The position numbers and the translations under genes were made by a program. DNA of 64,000 bases from Prochlorococcus sp. AG-402-A21 (lineage in GTDB: Bacteria; Cyanobacteriota; Cyanobacteriia; PCC-6307; Cyanobiaceae), in NCBI GenBank assembly GCA_003279655.1, contig QCHI01000003.1:34641-98640 (forward strand), in the 5' to 3' direction. Positions 43,901-52,711 of this stretch are shown one piece after another (positions within the stretch are counted from its first letter, which is position 1; each line of letters starts with the position of its first letter). The notes beneath the pieces were generated by a model. The model had not been told where the DNA came from. It did not search any database and saw only the letters and a program-made list of their open reading frames with translations.

Positions 43901-44215
43901 TGCTTTTATTAACTCTGGTAATAATTCTAAAATGTTCCAAACAAGATAATTCTTTTCCCATGGATCTTTTTCATTGGGATCAATACCAATAATTCTCTTG
44001 ACTAACCTTTTTAAATATGTACCAGGGAAAGGGTATTTAACTAATGCATTGATATTATTAATTATTGAAATCCTTTCACTGAGCCATCTGCTTGATGGCC
44101 ATGTACTTACGATAATATTAACTTCTTCAGATATTTCAGGTGGATTTAATCGGAGTTCCTGTCCCAGTACTTCTGCTAACCATTCAGCTTTATTACTTCG
44201 ATAAATTGTTAACAA
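40922..44215 (-). CDS. recC: exodeoxyribonuclease V gamma subunit
   Basis: MLTIYRSNKAEWL start, RDILIMTPQI, LEPMRAIPHQII, DRYSLLEALISTR; adjacent to recB and recD. Confidence 0.93.
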   Translation of the reverse strand: MLTIYRSNKAEWLAEVLGQELRLNPPEISEEVNIIVSTWPSSRWLSERISIINNINALVKYPFPGTYLKRLVKRIIGIDPNEKDPWEKNYLVWNILELLPELIKAKEADIFRSWLEISEKENEQINLSLWDLASNIAEIFDDYILYRPEIIKQWLSKKTKKTSREINVNKNILWQELLFNLLYKKINTDPFCIQAEEAIKRLKKGDISKLDYPKNLYIYGLSSLAPLQIDLIQAFSKVINIKIYLISPCNDLWQRCEERRLQFRNTSNTPLDRQWLLESPRLEAFLGRMGAEFQQLLEGSGEYQLGDRNEEDIFSLTADIATNKGNQPNLLEQLQQELLSTKSESILTKGKSDKSLLFLKSPGKYRQVELIRDHILQLFANNKKLQPRDILIMTPQIDCYASIIASVFNNIDHNTTQLPWVITDRSQEDKVGLIHFVLNLLEISASRLTASIFENLLINPALQTQQNITIDEVSDITKCLQSAGFTWGLDSSERFGEETHSLCWCLERFLLGLVLPDNPINGISNISPYSENISNTELIKAWGILSKLCNYIDAIRSNRSCKEWIKLITSLVKDLFGDGGEWAWEEQQLLTIVNNWGLITDNCELEIDCLVVKDIITKALSSTNGKFGHRTGKITISALEPMRAIPHQIIIVMGLESRTFPRIDNRRSFNLLERKRELGDPNQYDKDRYSLLEALISTRQNLLLSWNSKDEKTGEDLEPPSPIQQWLNYLKIKLGANTFQDILIEPPANPLDHVNFIKTENTQIMSCDRKNLEAREWLEKAIPTKNVSLALPIKWKEINVNKLKSYSFEKTKEWLLSPQITWLKENEIQSKEFVNLIEDNDLLELSELERYKLLKHRLENSDLRKINNIQNNSNYWKETYSGKGVFPPKCSGLIEEDLLEERWNNLVSAIYATGQITKRSIEMQELEGEFYFGGKNLIQIEVGSLKYKTLMNGWLNHLYLSANSSFNYKTVIISRKNDNSKNIKFEVSKEILPINTKEATEILRQIHLLAAAGRKNCWPIPPESGLAYALATKDINKNEEDLFQKKWEGDLYMKGERETLTMELCFGKKCKASTILDLESFNDVLMSLYEPILININ

Positions 44216-44242
44216 GAGTCAAAATGCGATTTAAAAATATTT

Positions 44243-44980
44243 TTAAAGTAAGAAGTTGTCTTTTCTTGGATTGATAATTAGCTTTTTCATCTCTTTTACC
44301 GCTTGGGATAGACCTACTGAAAGGGCTCTAGAAATAATTGTATGGCCAATATTTAATTCTTCAATCCCTTCAATAGCTGCAATCGGTTCAACGTTTTGAT
44401 ATGTCAAACCATGCCCTGCGTTTACTCTCAAACCATAGGATCTTGCTTTAGCTGTACTCTCTTTAAGAATAGATAGTTCCAGACTTTTCGCTTGTTTCTT
44501 TTTTATTGCATATTTACCGGTGTGCAGTTCAATCCAGGAAGCCTTTACTTCAGCACAATTTTCTAACTGAGCTTGAATTGGATCAACAAAAAGGCTGACT
44601 GGAATATCCTCATCTGAAAGACGTTGAATTATTTTCTTTAATTTGTTTTTGTGTTTAATAACGTCGAGTCCTCCTTCTGTAGTTACCTCTTCCCTTTTTT
44701 CAGGAACTAATGTGACCATATCTGGTTTGAGATTAAGTGCTATTGAAGTCATTTCTTCAGTTGCAGCCATTTCCAGATTTAGTCGAGTATGCACAGTCTC
44801 TTTTAGAAGATTTAGATCTCTATCTTGTATATGTCTTCTATCTTCTCTTAGATGAACTGTTATACCATCAGCACCACCTAATTCCGCTAAAAGAACCATT
44901 TTTACTGGGTCAGGTTCAAATGTCTTTCGAGCTTCTCGGACATTTGCTATGTGATCAATGTTTACGCCAAGACTTGCCAT
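44243..44980 (-). CDS. pdxJ: pyridoxine 5'-phosphate synthase
   Basis: [41 protein letters not shown]. Confidence 0.97.
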   Translation of the reverse strand: MASLGVNIDHIANVREARKTFEPDPVKMVLLAELGGADGITVHLREDRRHIQDRDLNLLKETVHTRLNLEMAATEEMTSIALNLKPDMVTLVPEKREEVTTEGGLDVIKHKNKLKKIIQRLSDEDIPVSLFVDPIQAQLENCAEVKASWIELHTGKYAIKKKQAKSLELSILKESTAKARSYGLRVNAGHGLTYQNVEPIAAIEGIEELNIGHTIISRALSVGLSQAVKEMKKLIINPRKDNFLL

Positions 44981-45117
44981 AGGTATTTAAAATATACTTT
45001 GATTGTATTCATCAAAAGCAATATAAGGTTTAGCCGCTGGAGTAACTGCCCAGTCCGACCGTTAATAATAAAGCTTTCGGAGTTAACTTCATTACATACT
45101 TTGTTAATGAGGGATTT

Positions 45118-45798
45118 TTGCTCCTTCTTCATAGAGAAAAAAAAATATGCCTCGGGGTTGATCCTTTCTGGAGTCGATTGGCTATGTTTGCGACGCAAGA
45201 TTTTGCGTTGAACAATTTTTTTCGGAGAAGAATAGTTCTTGGTGCAGAGAATTTACCTTTATCTGGTTCTGTTGTACTTGCTCCTACTCATAGATCTAGA
45301 TGGGATGCTTTGATGTTAACTATGGCTGCTGGGAGAAGGATTACAAATAGAGACTGTAGATACATGGTCACCCGCTCAGAAATGAGAGGATTACAAGGAT
45401 GGTTTTTAAACAGGTTGGGTTGTTTCCCGATTGATCAAGGAAGACCTTCTCTAACTACTCTTAGATATGCCGTGGATTTGTTGATTTCAAGTCAGCAATT
45501 AGTTGTATTCCCAGAAGGAAAGATAAATCGATTTGGCGAACCTGTAAAACTAAAAAAAGGTTTGATTCGTCTAGCTCAATTAGCATCTAATAAAGGTTTA
45601 GAGATTAAAGTTGTTCCAGTCGGTTTGGCCTATAGTCAAGCTATTCCTAAGTTTTATGGATCTGCATCAATTTGTTTTTCTAAACCAATGGTGATTTCAA
45701 GTGATTTTAATCAATCTATAAATGACTTTAATAATGCACTTTTCAAAAGCATGAGAAGTGCTGAACAATCAGCATTAATAGCTGTTGGTAGAAGATAA
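45118..45798 (+). CDS. plsC: 1-acyl-sn-glycerol-3-phosphate acyltransferase (start uncertain)
   Basis: HX4D motif PTHRSRWD and FPEG. Confidence 0.88.
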   Translation: MLLLHREKKICLGVDPFWSRLAMFATQDFALNNFFRRRIVLGAENLPLSGSVVLAPTHRSRWDALMLTMAAGRRITNRDCRYMVTRSEMRGLQGWFLNRLGCFPIDQGRPSLTTLRYAVDLLISSQQLVVFPEGKINRFGEPVKLKKGLIRLAQLASNKGLEIKVVPVGLAYSQAIPKFYGSASICFSKPMVISSDFNQSINDFNNALFKSMRSAEQSALIAVGRR

Positions 45799-45867
45799 TA
45801 TGATTTACTTAGTTGATTCTTTAGAACCCACATTGAATTCATTATTCTCTAATTCATTATTTTTTAA

Positions 45868-46098
45868 ATGATTACAGTAAAAGAAGTTACGTTTCTAATT
45901 AAGCAATCACTTCCCGATGCTCAAATTGAAGTAAAAGATATGGGCGGCGGTGATCATCTTGAAGTAAATGTCGTATCTCAAGAATTCTCAGGCTTATCTC
46001 TTGTACAACAACATCAACTTGTTTATGGTGCATTAAAAAATGAATTGAAAACAGAAACAATTCATGCTTTGGCCTTGAAAACCTCAACTCCTCAATAA
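45868..46098 (+). CDS. bolA: BolA family protein
   Basis: GGGDHLEV, HQLVYGAL, IHALALKT; next to grxD. Confidence 0.92.
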   Translation: MITVKEVTFLIKQSLPDAQIEVKDMGGGDHLEVNVVSQEFSGLSLVQQHQLVYGALKNELKTETIHALALKTSTPQ

Positions 46099-46107
46099 CT
46101 TTTTCAA

Positions 46108-46431
46108 ATGGATTCCACCACTCGTTCAAAAATTGAACTTCTAATTAATTCAAAACCAATTTTTGTTTTCATGAAAGGTAATAAGTTGATGCCTCAATGT
46201 GGTTTTTCCAACAATGTGGTTCAAATTCTTAATTCTTTGGGATTGAGCTTTGATACTTTTGATGTACTTTCAGATATGGAAGTCCGAGAAGGGATTAAAG
46301 AATATTCAAATTGGCCGACAATTCCCCAAGTTTATGTAAAGGGAGAATTTATTGGAGGCTCCGATATTTTGATAAGCATGTACAACTCTGGGGAATTGAA
46401 AGAAAAATTAGAAATTGCACTAGCTTCATAA
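46108..46431 (+). CDS. grxD: monothiol glutaredoxin (Grx4)
   Basis: PQCGFS active site, WPTIPQ, GGSD. Confidence 0.95.
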   Translation: MDSTTRSKIELLINSKPIFVFMKGNKLMPQCGFSNNVVQILNSLGLSFDTFDVLSDMEVREGIKEYSNWPTIPQVYVKGEFIGGSDILISMYNSGELKEKLEIALAS

Positions 46432-46454
46432 CTTGTTACTTTTTTGATGGATAT

Positions 46455-46721
46455 CTAGGCTTCTTTTTGAAAAAAGAGGTTATTAATATCACCATCGGGA
46501 CCAATAAAACTTGAAGGATCCATTATCCATCTATCAATTAATGCTTCTAATTTTTCTTGATCCCTTGAGGCTAATCTCTTGCAATTCCTTAGAGCATGTA
46601 AATATCCATCAGCATAGATTCTAAGCTCAGAAGGACTATGGTATCGACTTGTTAGCTCTTGACAGGCATCACAAATTGATTGGAAATGTTTTATCGCTTC
46701 TGGGGCATCAAAAGATGTCAT
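46455..46721 (-). CDS. conserved hypothetical cyanobacterial protein
   Basis: 88-aa ORF with ATG and non-degenerate composition (YADGYLHALR, RWIMDPSSF). Confidence 0.7.
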   Translation of the reverse strand: MTSFDAPEAIKHFQSICDACQELTSRYHSPSELRIYADGYLHALRNCKRLASRDQEKLEALIDRWIMDPSSFIGPDGDINNLFFQKEA

Positions 46722-46808
46722 GGTTTGCTAAGACACAGACTATTCTTGGTAGTCAGTGAACAGTTTGCTTTAATATCACCCTAGTCTAAGGGTCTACTTT
46801 TCTGACTT

Positions 46809-47573
46809 GTGACATTAATACCCGCAGATCAGCTTGCTACTGAGCAAATTCAAGGATCCTCAACAGGCTCTTCTCCCATTCAAGCAACCACGCAATCACC
46901 CTCCAAGGTGCTTGTTGTGGAACCACATCCAACTCTCAGAACTGTTTTAGTTCAGAGACTCAGGCAAGATGGACAGTTGGCCGCAGCAGTAGGCTCGGCC
47001 GAGGAGGCTGTTGACCTTTGCCGTGACCAATCACCAGATTTATTAGTTAGTGCTGAGCTGCTGGAAAAAAGTTCAGCACTTCGACTTGCACAACAGTTGG
47101 GATGTTCAGTGATTGTTCTTACAGCAAGAACAGGAGTTGAACCAGTTGTAGGTCTTTTGGATGATGGGGCTGATGATGTTTTAAGGAAACCTTTTGGCTT
47201 AGAGGAATTGGCTGCTAGGTGTCGGACCTTACTTAAGAGAGGAAGAATTGGTTTACAGGAACGTGTTGCTGTTGGCCCTCTTGAGGTTCATCTTCTTCTC
47301 AGGCAGGTAACCTTGCGAGAAAAACCTGTAGAACTAAGTCCTAGAGAATTTGCCTTATTGTGTGCCTTGTTGATGCCACCTGGCATGGTCAGAAGCCGTC
47401 ATGAGCTACTTCGAATGGCTTGGCCTCCATTTAGTGGTGGCCCTCGCTCTGTAGATACTCAAGTTTTGACACTTAGAAGAAAATTAGAACAAGCAGGTCT
47501 TGGTGATGGTGGAGGAATTACAACTGTTCGCCAGCAAGGATATAGATTTAGTCTTGATAACTTGCCCTCGTAA
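46809..47573 (+). CDS. OmpR-family response regulator with atypical receiver domain
   Basis: Receiver fold (VLVVE, VLTA, GADD..KPF) plus winged helix (LSPREFALL, RSVDTQVLTLRRKL, TVRQQGY). Confidence 0.9.
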   Translation: MTLIPADQLATEQIQGSSTGSSPIQATTQSPSKVLVVEPHPTLRTVLVQRLRQDGQLAAAVGSAEEAVDLCRDQSPDLLVSAELLEKSSALRLAQQLGCSVIVLTARTGVEPVVGLLDDGADDVLRKPFGLEELAARCRTLLKRGRIGLQERVAVGPLEVHLLLRQVTLREKPVELSPREFALLCALLMPPGMVRSRHELLRMAWPPFSGGPRSVDTQVLTLRRKLEQAGLGDGGGITTVRQQGYRFSLDNLPS

Positions 47574-47585
47574 GTTTTTTACTGG

Positions 47586-49148
47586 TTATTGTGGAAGTTC
47601 CCATTTGTTCATTCCCAGTTTTGTACCAATTTTGTGAGCACAGGCATACCCGCTAAAGGCCACCGCATTTAATCCCTGACCCGGGAAAGAAGAATCACCA
47701 ACACAGTAGAGTCCTTTTATCTTGGTAGTATTAAATGGCATAGGAAGAAGACCAGGTAATCTCATTGAAGGTATTGGTCCATAACTCCCTTTGTTTCTAG
47801 CAAGAAACCTTTTATGTGTCCTTGGACTACCTATCTCTTTGTGTAAAATATTTTGACTAAGGTTTGGAAATAATTTGTCTAACTTGGATATAAGTTTTTC
47901 TCCGTCTTCTTTTTTCTTGTCAAGATATTCTTTGTTGCTTAATCCTTCCCAACAATCCATTGACGAAGGAGTAAAAGCATGAACAATATGGCTACCTGAT
48001 GGAGCTAATGATGGATCTAGTAAAGTTGGAATTGATAGAAAAGTAACCCCTTGTTCATGTTCCATTTCTTCCCATGCATCGAGAAGTAAGTGATGGCAAT
48101 GTGTATTCGAAGGAATAGAGTCTTTACTTACTCCTAAATGTAGTGATAAAAATGAAGGAGAAGGGATATATCTACTTCTCCATTTTGTCTCTGCCGGTGG
48201 AGTTTTATCTGGTTCCACCAGTGGATCATTGATTCCTTGCCCACCAAATGTATCCCATCTTGTTGCATTTGAGACTATTGTTTTACCAAAAAACTCTTCG
48301 CCATTTTCTAATGAAACACCTATTGCCTTTCCGCTTTCAAAAATTATTTTTTTTACTTTAGCATTATATTTAATTTCTCCTTTGAAATCTTTAATTCCTT
48401 GCACTAATTTTTCTGCAATAATTCCAACACCTCCTTTTGGATAGTTAATGCCTCCATAATGTCTATCAGAAAAGACCATTCCTGCATTTATCATGGGTGT
48501 TAAGTCTGCGGGCATGACTGACCAGCAAAAACATTCAATGTCTATAAAATTTAAAAGTTTTGGATCTTTTATATATCGTCTAGCAACATCCCCGGCATTA
48601 ACTGGTAACCATCTAGCTAGTCCTAAGCATGATAAGGGTGATTTAAAAAAAACTTTCATTAGATATCCCGGATCCTCTATTGAAAGTAAAGGCATCGAAT
48701 TCAGACAATTAAATACATCCCAACATTTTTCGTAGAAATGATTTATTCCTTTCTCTTCATGGGGAAATAAATCAATTAGCTTTGAAATGAATTTTTTATA
48801 ATCTCTATCAATAGTAATTTCTAATTGATTTGGTAGATGATATGCCAATTGTGTTGGGTCAGGAATTGTTTCACATTCTTGGCCAACATCTTTGAGGGCT
48901 CGCGTTAGTAAATTGGTGTACCCCTTTTTACCAAAACCAAAAATCATAGATGCTCCAACATCAAAAGTAAATCCTTTTCTTCTAAATGAACCACCACTTC
49001 CACCTGGAATTTTGTACTGTTCCAGCACAAGAACTTTTGCCCCTTTACTTGCTAGTTGACTTGCAGTCACTAATCCACCAAGACCGGAACCAATAACTAT
49101 CGAATCCCAGTTGAAAGAAGCTTTAGTTGTATTTGTTGATTGAGTCAT
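47586..49148 (-). CDS. crtH: carotenoid isomerase
   Basis: FAD motif IGSGLGG, FDVGASMIFGFG, GDSSFPGQGLNAVAFSG. Confidence 0.92.
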   Translation of the reverse strand: MTQSTNTTKASFNWDSIVIGSGLGGLVTASQLASKGAKVLVLEQYKIPGGSGGSFRRKGFTFDVGASMIFGFGKKGYTNLLTRALKDVGQECETIPDPTQLAYHLPNQLEITIDRDYKKFISKLIDLFPHEEKGINHFYEKCWDVFNCLNSMPLLSIEDPGYLMKVFFKSPLSCLGLARWLPVNAGDVARRYIKDPKLLNFIDIECFCWSVMPADLTPMINAGMVFSDRHYGGINYPKGGVGIIAEKLVQGIKDFKGEIKYNAKVKKIIFESGKAIGVSLENGEEFFGKTIVSNATRWDTFGGQGINDPLVEPDKTPPAETKWRSRYIPSPSFLSLHLGVSKDSIPSNTHCHHLLLDAWEEMEHEQGVTFLSIPTLLDPSLAPSGSHIVHAFTPSSMDCWEGLSNKEYLDKKKEDGEKLISKLDKLFPNLSQNILHKEIGSPRTHKRFLARNKGSYGPIPSMRLPGLLPMPFNTTKIKGLYCVGDSSFPGQGLNAVAFSGYACAHKIGTKLGMNKWELPQ

Positions 49149-49190
49149 GATGTAAAAGAAATTTTTTAAATGGACGGTTTAGTAGAGCTT

Positions 49191-50570
49191 TTATCTAATT
49201 AATGTTTCTCTTAACTTTTTTATTTGACTCAAAGCTCTATTTCTATATTCTTTGTATCTTTCACGTTTGTTGTGAACTCTATTATTGAGTTCAGGCAGTA
49301 ATCCGAAATTGGCTGGCATAGGTTGAAAGTTTTTTTTATTTTGAACTCTTAAGCTTGCTTGACTATTACTGACAAAGTTTGTCAATGCCCCAATCATTGT
49401 AGAAGTTGGCAAAGTAATTGTATTTAATCCTTTCGCCAACAAGGCTGCGTTAGTTCCAGCCAGCCAACCTCCAGCGATAGCCGCAGCATACCCCTCTGTA
49501 CCAGTGAGCTGTCCAGCAGCGAATAAAGTTTTTCTATTTATGAACTGAAGTGTTGGCTCTAGTAGCTTTGGAGATTCAAGAAAAGTATTTCTATGCATTA
49601 CTCCTAAACGAATAAATTCTGCATTCGATAAGCCAGGAATCATTCTGAATACACGTTTTTGTTCGCCCCATTTTAAGTTTGTTTGAAAACCAACGATATT
49701 CCATAGTTGACCTGCTTTATCCTCTTGTCTTAATTGAACGACAGCATGAGCTCTTTTAAGCCTTCGAAGGCTTTTGTCGTTTACATCTCCCCATCTTGGA
49801 TCCCAGAGGCCTATTGGCTTTAATGGGCCAAAACGCATAGTCTCTAGACCTCTTTTCGCAAGCTCTTCGATGGGAAGACAGCCTTCAAAAAAAACATGTG
49901 ATTCTTTTTCAAAATCCTTTAATTCAGCTTGTTCAGCGTTGATTAGCGCAGAGTGAAATTTTAAATATGACTCTTCATTCATCGGGCAATTAACGTAATC
50001 AGCATCGCCTTTGTCGTATCTACTTGCCCGAAATGCTTTTGAAAAATCAATGCTTTCCCCTGTAATTATTGGACTAGCCGCATCAAAAAAATGACATTCA
50101 CTTTCACCTGTAAAATTTTTGATGTCTTCAGCCAGCGATTCGCTTGTTAAAGGACCTGTGGCCAGAATTGTAATTTGTTGAGCATTTGGTAGGCACGGAC
50201 ATTCATCTCTAATGATTTTTATTAGAGGATGAGAAGAAAGTTCATTTGTGATTGATAGGCTGAATTGACTTCTGTCTACTGCAAGTGCTCCCCCTGCAGG
50301 AACAGCGTGTTCATCAGCTTTTGCGATTACAATAGATTTTAAATTCCTCAATTCTTCCTGTAAAAGTCCTGCTGCTCTATCACTACTAAGCGCTCCAAAG
50401 CTATTACTGCAAACAAGTTCAGCGAATTCGGGTGAGTGGTGAGCTGGAGACTTCTTCTTTGGTCGCATTTCATAGAGAGTTACTTTGATTCCAGCACTTG
50501 CTATTTGCCATGCTGCTTCAGAGCCTGCAAGACCAGCTCCTATTACGGTTACCGATGGATCTTCTTTCAA
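49191..50570 (-). CDS. trmFO: folate/FAD-dependent tRNA m5U54 methyltransferase
   Basis: [42 protein letters not shown]. Confidence 0.96.
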   Translation of the reverse strand: MKEDPSVTVIGAGLAGSEAAWQIASAGIKVTLYEMRPKKKSPAHHSPEFAELVCSNSFGALSSDRAAGLLQEELRNLKSIVIAKADEHAVPAGGALAVDRSQFSLSITNELSSHPLIKIIRDECPCLPNAQQITILATGPLTSESLAEDIKNFTGESECHFFDAASPIITGESIDFSKAFRASRYDKGDADYVNCPMNEESYLKFHSALINAEQAELKDFEKESHVFFEGCLPIEELAKRGLETMRFGPLKPIGLWDPRWGDVNDKSLRRLKRAHAVVQLRQEDKAGQLWNIVGFQTNLKWGEQKRVFRMIPGLSNAEFIRLGVMHRNTFLESPKLLEPTLQFINRKTLFAAGQLTGTEGYAAAIAGGWLAGTNAALLAKGLNTITLPTSTMIGALTNFVSNSQASLRVQNKKNFQPMPANFGLLPELNNRVHNKRERYKEYRNRALSQIKKLRETLIR

Positions 50571-50783
50571 ACTGTCGTATTTTTCTTCTTCAAATCTTAA
50601 TTAAATAATATTCTCATGTCCCTCAACTATTTATTAAGACTTCAAAAGTATCTGAAAAATCAATGAGGAAGGAAAAAAAATATCTTTAAATTGTTTTTTA
50701 GTCCTCAAAAAGGAACATTAAGGGCGTTAATGCTTCGACAACGTGATATTTTTCATATTGGACCATTATTATTGGTTTATTGG

Positions 50784-50855
50784 GGGTCGCTAGCTCAGTG
50801 GTAGAGCATCCGGCTTTTAACCGGCTGGTCCTGAGTTCGAATCTCAGGCGACCCA
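50784..50855 (+). tRNA. trnK: tRNA-Lys(TTT)
   Basis: GGGTCGC...GCGACCCA acceptor stem, loop CTTTTAA, T-arm CTGAG-TTCGAAT-CTCAG. Confidence 0.97.
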
Positions 50856-50887
50856 TTTTTGCTTAAGACTATTTTAGATAACTTGAA

Positions 50888-51241
50888 GTGATTACCGCTT
50901 ATGAATTTTTGAAGAAATATTTTTTTTGGATCTTTTTGATTTTCAGTTTTACATCAGTAAATGCTGGGTTAAATAATTTTACTAATTTGATTTTCTTTGA
51001 AGATTGGCTAATCGAGAGGAAAGTTGATTTAACTATTAATGAGATAAAATGCAGAGCCTCAATACCTTCGCATGCAAATTGGTTTGGAGCTCGGGTAAGA
51101 CTTGATCCCAATAATGAATTGATAAAACCTATTTGGATATCTGTTAAGGCTGACCAAGTGATTGATTCGAAATTAACTAAGGTTAAAGAACTTCTTGTTA
51201 ATTGCAGGTCAGGACTTCTTTCCATTCCTGAAAATCTATAA
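50888..51241 (+). CDS. hypothetical secreted protein
   Basis: N-terminal hydrophobic segment; CRASIPSHANWFGARVRLD; two Cys. Confidence 0.6.
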   Translation: MITAYEFLKKYFFWIFLIFSFTSVNAGLNNFTNLIFFEDWLIERKVDLTINEIKCRASIPSHANWFGARVRLDPNNELIKPIWISVKADQVIDSKLTKVKELLVNCRSGLLSIPENL

Positions 51242-51332
51242 AGGTCAAGGATAAATGTGTTGATGAGAATATAAATACTTTCTCAAAAGAAATTTTTTTG
51301 CTGAATTATAAATATATTATTTTCATTTTAGC

Positions 51333-51422
51333 ATGAAGAAACTTACTGTAGGAGCTGCAATAGCAATGAACATATCTTTGTATATTTGGGCTTTAATGGA
51401 TTTCCCTTTAAATTTTAATTAG
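51333..51422 (+). CDS. candidate 29-aa hydrophobic microprotein
   Basis: Manual translation MKKLTVGAAIAMNISLYIWALMDFPLNFN*. Confidence 0.35.
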   Translation: MKKLTVGAAIAMNISLYIWALMDFPLNFN

Positions 51423-51681
51423 TAAAAAATGGATAATAATTTTATCTAAATTCATGAGTTTTAAAATTACTAGGAAATTTACTTTTTTTATTTCATCATT
51501 TTCTCAAATGATCCGGTGTGAAAAAAATTTTGGATTTTAAATAATTAAGTTTAACTTTTGTATTTTTAAGCACTTTTTTAATTTTCATTTTTTTTTGCAT
51601 TCTCAATCCTTTTTTTTTGCCTGTAGCGGTTAGGGTCTTTGTGAGGCAACAAAAGCCTCTTTGTCTTATGGAAATGGGGGT

Positions 51682-52005
51682 ATGGTTAAGAAATCTTCTT
51701 CAATTACAAAATCCAATTCTAATTGGCTATGGAGGTGGGCGGAACCTGAAAGTGAACTTTCCGTAATTCCTAAATCAAAAACTAAACGTTTAGCCCAGCA
51801 GGCAAAGTTGGCAAATGTTGATGCTGAGAGAGCGGTTAGTCGTGCATACCAAATTGAATTATCTAGAACAAAGGCAATCGGAGAGGCGATGTTTAAGTCT
51901 GGCAAAGCATTAAGGTTTACACTATCAAGTTCTGGAAGGCAGTTCATTCTAAGAACGCAGGCAGCACGAAGGCAATTTGAGCCTGGTTTTAGGAATAAAA
52001 AATAA
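51682..52005 (+). CDS. hypothetical protein (basic, helical)
   Basis: ATG 51682 preferred over TTG 51661; GC-richer than its flanks, consistent with coding. Confidence 0.6.
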   Translation: MVKKSSSITKSNSNWLWRWAEPESELSVIPKSKTKRLAQQAKLANVDAERAVSRAYQIELSRTKAIGEAMFKSGKALRFTLSSSGRQFILRTQAARRQFEPGFRNKK

Positions 52006-52041
52006 TTCTCAGATAGAATAAAAGACCTATGAAAAGAAAAA

Positions 52042-52338
52042 ATGCAGCTTTATGTTGTTACTTGGAAATTCGAATCATCTGAGGATCAGAATTATTCATC
52101 CGAAGCATTTGTAGATTATGTAGAAAGTGGAAAATCTGAGGATCTTATTGATGGCTATGAGAGAATTACGTGGGCACATACACCTCAAGATGGAACAGGA
52201 GTGATCATTTGCAGAGCTTCAAGTGCATCAATTTTATTTAAGGTTTTTGGATCCTGGAGAGATAAATATGGAATGACCTGGGAGTACAAACCTGCTTTAA
52301 CAACTGAAGAGTTTGTTAGTTTACTGAAAGAAAAATAG
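52042..52338 (+). CDS. DUF3303-like protein
   Basis: MQLYVVTWKF...W.H.PQDGTGVIICRA...W...Y.PALT matches the picocyanobacterial DUF3303 pattern as I recall it. Confidence 0.7.
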   Translation: MQLYVVTWKFESSEDQNYSSEAFVDYVESGKSEDLIDGYERITWAHTPQDGTGVIICRASSASILFKVFGSWRDKYGMTWEYKPALTTEEFVSLLKEK

Positions 52339-52435
52339 TTATAATTTTTCTACTTTCTAAGTAGAATTTAATTAACACATAAACTTCTGTCTAAAAAACC
52401 TTCAGGATAGAGATGTTCAATTTAGTCTTTTATAA

Positions 52436-52630
52436 ATGTCTGTGAATTTAATGATAGCTTATTTTTTCTTTGCATTGACTGCTAGTGAAATGGGTCTTAG
52501 TCCAACAATACTTGCCTTAATAGTAGTTTCATCTATCGTTTTTATTGTGGGCTTTGCAAAAAGCTCAAGAGAGAATGAATACAAAAAATTGATGGATTCA
52601 TTTATTGAAAGGAAAGACGAATTTGATTGA
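52436..52630 (+). CDS. small single-pass membrane protein (start uncertain)
   Basis: ILALIVVSSIVFIVGFA TM segment and a charged tail. Confidence 0.55.
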   Translation: MSVNLMIAYFFFALTASEMGLSPTILALIVVSSIVFIVGFAKSSRENEYKKLMDSFIERKDEFD

Positions 52631-52711
52631 TTTATTCATATTAGTAAGAAGATCTTCTTACTAATATGAATTCTCTTATCTAATAAGGCAGGATGGTAGA
52701 AATGTAGAGTT

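Noticed and set aside
787-50000. Many 60-130 aa track ORFs overlapping core genes (e.g. 787-972, 1019-1213, 1449-1640, 12263-12568, 19554-19952, 44737-44982, 48229-48444)
   Set aside because: They lie antisense or out of frame within well-supported conserved genes and show no recognisable motifs, so they are shadow ORFs.
50690-50804. Short ORF MLRQRDIFHIGPLLLVYWGSLAQW where a psbY might be expected between trmFO and tRNA-Lys
   Set aside because: It runs into the tRNA gene and does not match the PsbY pattern; no psbY could be supported here.
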